DNA of 44,816 nucleotides, taken from assembly GCA_035252045.1 (NCBI GenBank), contig DATFDO010000196.1:1-44816 (forward strand). Reading direction: 5' to 3'. Below are positions 16,568 to 24,023 of the stretch, piece after piece; positions within the stretch are counted from its first letter, which is position 1; each line of letters opens with the position of its first letter. The stretch is from Pseudonocardiaceae bacterium (GTDB lineage: Bacteria > Actinomycetota > Actinomycetes > Mycobacteriales > Pseudonocardiaceae). The notes under the pieces are model-generated. The model worked only from the letters and a program-made list of their open reading frames with translations, did not search any database and had not been told where the DNA came from. The position numbers were made by a program, and so were the translations under genes.

Positions 16568-18070
16568 TCACCCCAACGTGAACGGGTCTCGGGTCTGTCC
16601 CGACAGCTCAACCCAGATGGCCTTGGTCTCGGTGTATTCCCGGATGGCATCGGCGCCGTTCTCCCGGCCGATGCCACTGGCACCAAAGCCCCCGAAGGGC
16701 ACGTGCGGGCCCACCACGCGGTAGGCGTTGATCCAGACGGTGCCTGCTCGGAGTTTCGCGGCCACCCGATGGGCCCGGTGCACATCCTTGGTCCATACCG
16801 CAGCGGCCAGGCCGTACCTGGTGTCGTTGGCGATCTCGACGGCCTCGTTCTCGTCGTGGAACCGGATCACCGCACACACCGGCCCGAAGACCTCCTCCTG
16901 GACGGCCCGCATTGAGGGCGTTACATCGGTCAGCACAGTCGGCGTCACGAAGAAGCCACCCAGGTCCTTGACCCGCTCACCACCACAGGCGATGGTGGCG
17001 CCCTGCTCGCGAGCGGAGACAAAGTGGCTCAACACCTTGTCGAACTGCTGGCTCGTGGCCAGCGGACCCATCTCGGTCTCGGCGACCTTCGGATCGCCGA
17101 TCTTGATCGTCTTCGCTCTGGAGACGATCTTGCCGATCAGCGCGTCGGCGACGCTGTCGTGCACGACCAGCCGTGACCCCGCCATACAGGTCTGGCCGGT
17201 GGCGGCGAAGACGCCGGCGATCACCCCGTTGGCGGTGGCATCCAGATCGGCGTCCTGGAACACGACCTGCGCCGATTTACCGCCCAGCTCCAAGGTTATC
17301 CGGGTGAGGTTGTCTGCGGCGGCGTGCGCGACCGCGATGCCGGTCGCTGTGGACCCGGTGAAGGCGACCTTGTCGACATCGGGATGGGCGGACAATGCGC
17401 TGCCAGTTGCCGGACCCCACCCGGTGATGACGTTGACCACGCCCGGAGGGAACCCGGCCTCCTCGATGAGGGACGCCAATTCCAGCGCACTGACCGGGGT
17501 GTGCTCACTCGGCTTGACCACCACGGTGCATCCCGCGGCCAGCGCCGGCGCCAGCTTCCAGATCAACAACAACAGCGGCGAATTCCACGGCGTGATGGTG
17601 GCGACCACGCCGACCGGTTCGTGGCGGGTGTAGACAAGGTAATTGGGCTTGTCGCTGGGAATGACGCTGCCTTCAACCTTGTCGGCCAGTCCCGCGTAGT
17701 AGTAGCACCATTCCGGCACGGCCGCGAGCTGGCCGGTCATCTCACGGAGCAGCTTTCCCGAGTCCCGAGTTTCGATCTCGGCCAGCCGCTGGGCGTCGCG
17801 GGCGATTAGATCACCGAGCTGGTGCAGCAATTTTCCGCGCTGGGTGGGGGTCAACGCAGCCCAGGGTCCGGACAGCGCCCGGCGGGCGGCCGACACCGCG
17901 AACTCCACATCGCTTCGATCACCGTCGGGCACCACCGCCCACGGCTGCCCGGAGAATGGGTCGATGGTCCGGTAGGTGCGGCCGGAGCAGGCAGGCTGCT
18001 GTTTCCCGTCGATATACAGGCCGTATTCCGCGAGGTGCTCACCCGTTGGGGTCGTGCTGGTGGCTGTCAC
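16568..18070 (-). CDS. NAD(P)-dependent aldehyde dehydrogenase
   Basis: 500 aa from the GTG at 18070, preceded by SD GGAGGAGG 5 nt upstream. Motifs include ELGGKSAQVVF, catalytic FAATGQTCMAGSR and PFGGFGASGIGRE. The track ORF extends to 18448, but that extension has no ALDH homology. Confidence 0.9.
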   Translation of the reverse strand: MTATSTTPTGEHLAEYGLYIDGKQQPACSGRTYRTIDPFSGQPWAVVPDGDRSDVEFAVSAARRALSGPWAALTPTQRGKLLHQLGDLIARDAQRLAEIETRDSGKLLREMTGQLAAVPEWCYYYAGLADKVEGSVIPSDKPNYLVYTRHEPVGVVATITPWNSPLLLLIWKLAPALAAGCTVVVKPSEHTPVSALELASLIEEAGFPPGVVNVITGWGPATGSALSAHPDVDKVAFTGSTATGIAVAHAAADNLTRITLELGGKSAQVVFQDADLDATANGVIAGVFAATGQTCMAGSRLVVHDSVADALIGKIVSRAKTIKIGDPKVAETEMGPLATSQQFDKVLSHFVSAREQGATIACGGERVKDLGGFFVTPTVLTDVTPSMRAVQEEVFGPVCAVIRFHDENEAVEIANDTRYGLAAAVWTKDVHRAHRVAAKLRAGTVWINAYRVVGPHVPFGGFGASGIGRENGADAIREYTETKAIWVELSGQTRDPFTLG

Positions 18071-18482
18071 TGCCGCCTCCTCCACTGTTCTATCGACTGG
18101 GAGCGAGTCCGACGGCTCCGGTTCGCTGTATCGAGTCAGCTTGCGGTACTCGCCGGTCGTCGGCCACCCCGTCTGGGACCAACCCGCCGTGCCAACGGTG
18201 GGCACCGCACACGTCGTCGCGCACACCCGTGACCAAGCCAGCAGTCCCCGAACATGGAGATCATCGGGTCGGGTGATCGATTTCGTCCCATAATCGCTGA
18301 ATGCTGGCTTCGCTGTTGAATGCCACCACACAGTCGCGCTGGAAGAGATTCCCCGATCTGGAACCGCGGTTTCCGGTGTCTTGGCCCTGGCCGCGCCTGG
18401 CCTGACCGTGTCACCCGCCGACGCCCGGCCCAGGCGGGTAGCCCGCATCTCACGTATGGCAACCTGCCGAGCGCGCTCCGGG

Positions 18483-18977
18483 CTATCGGGCTCGTTCTGC
18501 GCAGCGGCGCAGCAGTGGCGTGATGCGGTAGTTCACGAGCTCGCGCATGACCAGCGCGGTGTTGGTGCGCTCGACGCCGGGGATGGCCAGGATCTGGCCG
18601 GCGATGCGGTACAAGTCATCGGCGTCAGCCGCAACGACGTGCACGAGCAGGTCGATCTGCCCGCTGATCCCGTGGACCTGCAGCACTTCGGGGATATCGG
18701 CGAGCGCGGCCGCCACCTCGTCCAGCCGGCGTTGGGTGACCTGCGTGGTGATGAAGGCGGTGAGTGGGTAACCGAGCATCGTGGGCGGGATCTGGCGCTC
18801 GAATGAGTCGAGCACACCGTGCTGCTCGAGCTTGGCGAGGCGGGCCGTAACAGTGTTGCGGGACAGTCCCGTCTGGCCAGTGAGCGCGATAGCCGTGGCA
18901 CGGGGCCGCTCGACCAGGGCGAGCAGCATCCGGACATCGGTCGGGTCAAAGCGATCGTCCTTGCGCACAATGCTCAC
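18483..18977 (-). CDS. Lrp/AsnC-family transcriptional regulator
   Basis: 164 aa. The N-terminal HTH is DVRMLLALVERPRATAIALTGQTGLSRNTVTARLAKLEQHGVL. The C-terminal RAM/AsnC_trans_reg-like domain shows ...VLQVHGISGQIDLLVHVVAADADDL.... Confidence 0.9.
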   Translation of the reverse strand: MSIVRKDDRFDPTDVRMLLALVERPRATAIALTGQTGLSRNTVTARLAKLEQHGVLDSFERQIPPTMLGYPLTAFITTQVTQRRLDEVAAALADIPEVLQVHGISGQIDLLVHVVAADADDLYRIAGQILAIPGVERTNTALVMRELVNYRITPLLRRCAERAR

Positions 18978-19099
18978 CTTCGGCGGGCTACGTTCGACCT
19001 GGAATGTGCGTTCTGCTCACCATCATCTGCCCAAGTTGTGCAGGACTTCTACTGATGCTGGGATATTAGTCTGTACTGCACAGAACTTCAGGTGAGTAC

Positions 19100-21418
19100 A
19101 TGACGAGTATCGCTGCTGTACCGCCGCGGCCAGACACCGACCGCTTCGGCGTTCTGCGGGAGATCGAGCGCCGGGTGCTGTGGCTGTCGACGGCGATCGT
19201 GCACGAGGCGAACCGGGTGCGGCCCAGCCGATCCGGGCTGAAGGTCGGCGGTCACCAGACTTCCAGCGCATCCATGGTGTCGATCATGACATCGCTGTGG
19301 TTCGAGCACCTGCGCGCGCAGGACCGAGTGTCAGTGAAACCGCACGCCTCCCCGGTGTTGCATGCGATCAACTACCTGCTCGGCGAGCTCAACGAGGAAT
19401 ATTTGGCGACCCTGCGCGCCTTTGGCGGGCTGCAGAGTTACCCCAGCCGCTCCAAGGACCCCGACCCCGTCGACTATTCGACCGGATCGGTGGGCATCGG
19501 CGCGACCGCGCCGATCTGGGGCGCGCTGGCACGCAGGTACATCGAGGCAACCGTCGGCGGCGCCGGCACCGGGCGGCAGTACTCGCTGCTGGGTGACGCC
19601 GAACTGGACGAAGGCGCGGTATGGGAAGCGGTCCTCGAGCCCAGCGTCGCGGAACTGGGCGAGATCGTCTGGGTGGTGGACCTGAACCGGCAGTCGTTGG
19701 ACCGAGTCGTGCCCAATATCGCAGCCGGCCGGCTGCAGGGAATGTTCGCCAGCGCCGGCTGGCAGGTGCTCACCGTCAAATACGGGCACCTGCTGGAAGA
19801 GCTGTTTACCCGGCCGGGCGGCAGCGAGCTGCGCGCACGCATCGACCAGATGCCCAACCCCGAGTACCAGCGCCTGCTCCGCTGTACCCCTGCCCAGCTG
19901 CGGGAACGGCTGCCAGGCGGCAGCGCTCCGGTGGCCGCCCTGATCAGCGAGCTGGACGATCAGACGCTGACCGCGGCGGTGCGCAACCTCGGTGGTCACG
20001 ACCTGGGCGCACTGGACCAGGCGTACGCGGCCATCGACGACACCCGGCCTACCGTGATGCTCGCGTATACGATCAAGGGATACGGGTTGCCCACCCAAGG
20101 TCACCCGCAGAACCACTCCGCGCTGCTGACCACCGAGCAGATGCGGGAACTGGCCAGCCAGCTCGGCACCGATCCCGCCCACCCGTGGAGCCGGTTCACC
20201 CTCGGCAGCGACGCGGGCCGGCTCTGCGCCACCACCGCGGGCCGGCTGCAGCGACCCGCTTACCCCCTTCGCCCGCCGCCCGCACTACCGGCGGACATCG
20301 GCCGCACGCCGTCGGGCACCGCCTCCACGCAAGCCGCGCTCGGCCGCGTGCTGCTCGACCTGACCAGGGAGGCGCCGGAGGCGGCCAGGCGGGTGGTGAC
20401 GGTCAGCCCGGACGTCAGCTCCTCCACCAACCTCGGCGGCTGGATCAACAAGGTCGGCGTGTGGTCTGCCGGTGACCGGGTCGACTGGTTCGCGGACGAC
20501 ACCGAAACGGTCTTGCACTGGCGGGAGAAGCCGACCGGCCAGCACATCGAGCTGGGCATCGCCGAAACCAACCTCGCGGGCCTGCTCGGCGAGCTGGGAG
20601 CGACCTGGAGCCGCTGGGGTAAGCACCTGCTGCCGATCGGCGTGCTGTACGACCCGTTCGTCGAGCGGGCCCTGGAACCCTGGTCGTTCGGCATCTACGC
20701 CGGCGGCCAGTCGATCCTCGTGGGCACCCCCTCCGGCGTGACGCTGGCACCGGAAGGCGGCGCGCACCAGTCGATCACCACGCCCTCCATCGGGATCGAG
20801 CAGCCAGGCTGCATCAGCTACGAACCCGCCTTCGCCATCGATGTGGAATGGACGCTGCTCGCCTGTCTGGCCCAGCTGGGCAAACCCGGCGGTACCTCGG
20901 CTTACCTGCGGCTATCCACCCGGCCGGTGGACCAGACCCTGGCCGCCGTGCCGGCCGATCCCGCCGCCCGCGAACGCCGGCGGCGGCAGGTGGTCGCGGG
21001 CGCGTACTGCCTGCGCCGCACGCCCAACCCGCAGGTGACCATCGCCACGATGGGCGCGCTAGTCCCCGAGGCGCTCACCGCCGCCGACCGCCTCGACGCC
21101 CTCGGCGCCGCCGCGGACGTCATCTGCGTGACCAGCCCCGGCCTGCTGTTCAGCGCCCTGCGCGCCCGCCAAGGTCACACGGACGCGCCAGCGTGGATCC
21201 TGGACCAGGTGTTCGCTCCTTCCCGCGCCACCCCGCTGGTCACCGTCCTCGATGGCCACCCGCATACGCTGGCCTTCCTGGCCACTATCAACCACGTGCC
21301 CAGCACCTGCCTCGGCGTAACCCGGTTCGGCCAGTCAGGGTCGCTCGAGGACGTTTACCGCTACCACCGCATCGACGCCGACAGCATCGTCCGCGCCGGG
21401 CTCGATGTCGCCACGTAG
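19100..21418 (+). CDS. AceE-type (homodimeric) thiamine-diphosphate-dependent 2-oxoacid dehydrogenase E1 / transketolase-like protein, short form
   Basis: 772 aa, collinear with E. coli AceE in the conserved blocks. These are GGHQTSSASMVSIM, the ThDP-binding LGDAELDEGAVWEA..VVDLNRQSLD, YTIKGYGLP, IELGIAETNLAGLLGELG and GTPSGVTLAPEGGAHQS. Confidence 0.85.
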   Translation: MTSIAAVPPRPDTDRFGVLREIERRVLWLSTAIVHEANRVRPSRSGLKVGGHQTSSASMVSIMTSLWFEHLRAQDRVSVKPHASPVLHAINYLLGELNEEYLATLRAFGGLQSYPSRSKDPDPVDYSTGSVGIGATAPIWGALARRYIEATVGGAGTGRQYSLLGDAELDEGAVWEAVLEPSVAELGEIVWVVDLNRQSLDRVVPNIAAGRLQGMFASAGWQVLTVKYGHLLEELFTRPGGSELRARIDQMPNPEYQRLLRCTPAQLRERLPGGSAPVAALISELDDQTLTAAVRNLGGHDLGALDQAYAAIDDTRPTVMLAYTIKGYGLPTQGHPQNHSALLTTEQMRELASQLGTDPAHPWSRFTLGSDAGRLCATTAGRLQRPAYPLRPPPALPADIGRTPSGTASTQAALGRVLLDLTREAPEAARRVVTVSPDVSSSTNLGGWINKVGVWSAGDRVDWFADDTETVLHWREKPTGQHIELGIAETNLAGLLGELGATWSRWGKHLLPIGVLYDPFVERALEPWSFGIYAGGQSILVGTPSGVTLAPEGGAHQSITTPSIGIEQPGCISYEPAFAIDVEWTLLACLAQLGKPGGTSAYLRLSTRPVDQTLAAVPADPAARERRRRQVVAGAYCLRRTPNPQVTIATMGALVPEALTAADRLDALGAAADVICVTSPGLLFSALRARQGHTDAPAWILDQVFAPSRATPLVTVLDGHPHTLAFLATINHVPSTCLGVTRFGQSGSLEDVYRYHRIDADSIVRAGLDVAT

Positions 21419-21842
21419 TGCCGGGCCGACATCTCGAACGGTGTGCAGCCAGCCGTGTGGGCACCCGCGGCCATGGCCAGGCCGGGCGCATCGACGTCGC
21501 CGTGGTAGCGAAGGTGCGCCCCCGCGACCCGCAGTGCGGCGATCGCCTCAGTCGGGTCGGTAGTCGGGTTGCCATGGGCGCCAAGACCGCGGCCGGCAGG
21601 TTCCGCTGGGCGGCACCCTCGACGAGCCGCGCGCTCCAGCAGCTCGTCGGCCGACTCCGCGCCCACCAGCGGAGGTGGGCAGCATCGCGAGCCGGTCGTT
21701 GCGGATCTCCAGGACTTGCCGAGCCGTTGACCCCGCGAAGCAGCAGGCCTCCACCCGCGAAGTGCAGCGTCTCGTCCTCTGCCGGTAGACGTTGAGGATC
21801 TCCGCACGTGACGGGCCAGCGCGCAGGTGCTGGAGTAGTCAT
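21361..21842 (-). pseudogene. frameshifted DUF2399/TIGR02679-like (JetD-type Toprim) fragment
   Basis: An ATG at 21842 follows SD GAGGAGG. The protein-like sequence hops across three frames: ...ETLHFAGGGLLLRG..., then ...QVLEIRNDRLAML..., then ...ADELLERAA...LGAHGNPTTDPTEAIAALRVAGAHLRYHGDVDAPGLAMA...TPFEMSARHY. The last block resembles the ...G(Q/N)P..A...L..L...GA.LRYHGDFDW.G..IA...PWRM...Y C-terminus of that family. Assignment is from memory only. Confidence 0.35.
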
Positions 21843-22021
21843 CGCGCCTCCTCAGTTGTGCCGTGCAGGAGGGTGCCACAGGCCACCGACAAAACCGCGC
21901 GACTGCCCGCGTGAGCGTCCAGACTCCCCTGGTCCACCACGCACCGTCCGCATCCACCCTGGGCTCCAACCCGGACCCGTCGCGCCTGTCCCGCCATGAG
22001 ATCTATATCGGCATTTCTCCC

Positions 22022-22049
22022 TTGACACACGTTCCTATTTCCGTAAAAT
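22022..22049 (+). promoter_or_regulatory. near-consensus sigma-A-type promoter (TTGACA-N16-TAAAAT)
   Basis: Read directly: TTGACA at 22022-22027, a 16-nt spacer, then TAAAAT at 22044-22049, in a locally AT-rich patch with no convincing ORF downstream. Confidence 0.35.
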
Positions 22050-22155
22050 TAATAGTCCGGCTCTGGTGTAGCGACGCTCCGTTGCACCGGACGGCCAGGG
22101 GCTCCGCGGGCGTGCGGAGTCGCGACCGGGTCGGGTACGAGTAGACGGAAACGTT

Positions 22156-22180
22156 AGCTCGTGCCCGACGCTGTTTTATT
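22156..22180 (+). terminator. weak hairpin followed by a U-rich tract (possible intrinsic terminator)
   Basis: AGCTCG-tgcc-CGA(c)GCT gives a 6-bp stem with one bulge, followed by GTTTTATT. Confidence 0.25.
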
Positions 22181-23123
22181 CCAGGTCTTTCTTCTTCTCC
22201 CGCTATTCCTCGCGGCGCGGCTGCAACATGGCACCGAATCGACAGGGCACGCCGCAGCGTGCTCAGGGTTCGTCAGTGTATCCAGAAGCCTTTTTGATCA
22301 CGGTTTTGGTGCGCTGCGCGACATGTCACGTCGCCTAAGGCACCAAACTGTGATCATGAGCGGCTCACCGGCCATCAACTAAGTGGCATTACCTGGAGCT
22401 GGCAGATTTGGTCCGCGCCTGGAGCGCGATGAGTGCCACTGCCGGCACCTGTTCAACGTCTCGGCGAAAGCCGCTGGCACCCGCATTGAGACAACGGCTT
22501 GGCGGTTCTCGAGTGCCTCGGCGTCAGCCCTCCTCGGTGTCGCCTCGACGGGCACGGGCCGTTTCTCAGTCATCGCGGGTTACGTCTCTTAGGTAACTGA
22601 GGCCCTCCGCGCGGTCGGGGTCGACGGCCTGGTCAGCATCCAGGGCTCCAGACCACGGGGCCCTGGATGCGGGCCCAAGCCGTCGCGGCATCTATGCCAG
22701 CTGGATGGTCGAAATACTACGTGCCGCCCAGGCCGGTCTTCGTAATCACCGCACAGCACCTATATCTTCAAGGTGCAGGCAGCTCCTGTGACGCCATCGG
22801 CGCTGAGCGGGTATGCGTTGGTGCGCGGGGGTGCCTGCCATCACTTAGGTTCATCCCTTGCGCTCGTTGCCAGCGACAATCCGCATGAGATCGACTGGGA
22901 TGAGCCCTCCTGAAAGTTGTACTTAGGTACGATCTTTGTAGTTCTGAGTAACAGCTCGACAGCTGAGTAAGCAATCGAAAAGGCTCCTTCACGGCTAGGT
23001 GGCGAGCTGCACAGTTAGGGGTAAATGGATGTTGCCAAATCACTTCCTGTTTGTCAGGATATTTATTAGCTGAATCGGCCATGCCGACCGATGAGGCCCC
23101 AATGACACTCCGAGGAGGATCGA

Positions 23124-23387
23124 ATGTTTGACGCATTGAGCTTTACCGAGATTGACGGCCAGAGCGCCGAGTTGCTTCCCTCCCGTACAGTTCTTTCCTT
23201 GGCTGGTATTGCCAAGACCAACGGCCAGTGTGGTGGCCACGGCGGCACCGGTGGCAACGGTGGCGATGGTAGCGGCGGCATCGGTGTCAACCTCCTGAAC
23301 ATCGTTCTCCAGCACGCGCAGTACAACGAAGCTGCTAACGGCTACGGCGGCGCGGGCGGCGACGCCAATGGCGGTAACTGCCACTAA
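23124..23387 (+). CDS. small Gly/Asn-rich peptide with leader-like N-terminus (87 aa), candidate bacteriocin/RiPP-like precursor or secreted Gly-rich peptide
   Basis: A strong SD GAGGAGGA (23112-23119) lies 4 nt before the ATG. The product is MFDALSFTEIDGQSAELLPSRTVLSLAG-IAKTNGQCGGHGGTGGNGGDGSGGIGVNLLNIVLQHAQYNEAANGYGGAGGDANGGNCH. Stem-loops follow the stop. It is the only convincing ORF in about 2.2 kb. Confidence 0.6.
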   Translation: MFDALSFTEIDGQSAELLPSRTVLSLAGIAKTNGQCGGHGGTGGNGGDGSGGIGVNLLNIVLQHAQYNEAANGYGGAGGDANGGNCH

Positions 23388-23437
23388 TCGCAGCATTCAT
23401 TGACCAAAGTCCGCTCAGGTGAGCGGTGATCGCATTC

Positions 23438-23463
23438 GGTGTCGCTAACTAGGGAGCGACACC
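23438..23463 (+). terminator. perfect 9-bp stem-loop downstream of the small ORF
   Basis: GGTGTCGCT-aactaggg-AGCGACACC. Confidence 0.35.
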
Positions 23464-23573
23464 CGTATGGCCGGCGCAAACGCTGAGGGCGGTGCTGGGG
23501 CAGCCGACTACCCTCCTAGTCGTGCAGTACCGCCACGCGCTACCGCAAGCGCGCACGCAAATCGCTGGCACGG

Positions 23574-23602
23574 TAGGGGTGGCCGCAATGCGGCCACCCC
23601 TA
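23574..23602. terminator. perfect 13-bp stem / 3-nt loop hairpin
   Basis: TAGGGGTGGCCGC-aat-GCGGCCACCCCTA. No U-tract follows, which is common for actinobacterial terminators. Confidence 0.4.
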
Positions 23603-24023
23603 GCCGCATACCTGCGGGCAATCACCACCAGCATCGCCGAGCGACGACTGAGCACGGCCAGCAACCGACATTTCGAACTGGCGCTCAACCGCCGAATGAA
23701 GCTTCGCTCCGACTGATAGTCCACAACAAGCTACCGCGAGCAAAATCCTGAACCCAGCTCTGCCGCGTGCAGCGCGTGCCACAGACCGCTCCCGTTAAGT
23801 TTGCCGAGCCGGGATGCTGGCCCGGACCATCTCCTCCTCATGATCGCCGTCTGGGAAGGTGCGCCGCAATCTGCGCGGCTACCCTTCCCAAACAGCGATC
23901 ATGAGCTCTCTCTTCTGGGAGCGGCCTCTTCGGAGTAGGCCCCTCCGCGTGAGCATGTCGTGCTCGGGCCGTAGTGGTGCCGGCGATGCAACAAGCGCAG
24001 GCACGGCTCCGGCGCGAACGGGT

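Noticed and set aside
20848-21795. 315-aa plus-strand ORF rich in Arg/Pro/Gly.
   Set aside because: It is out of frame within the E1 gene, continues into the pseudogene region, and has a low-complexity product.
22379-22573. 64-aa minus-strand ORF with a ribbon-helix-helix-like start (..AVVSMRVPAAFAETLN..), possibly an antitoxin.
   Set aside because: There is no SD, the helical part does not continue in any frame, and no partner toxin ORF is present. At best it is a decayed remnant.
23467-23751. 94-aa ORF starting MAGANAEGGAGAAD, which echoes the Gly-rich peptide. Overlapping ORFs lie at 23492-23716 and 23449-23724.
   Set aside because: It spans the 13-bp perfect hairpin, has no SD, and becomes an Arg/His/Pro-rich low-complexity product. 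It is probably non-coding.
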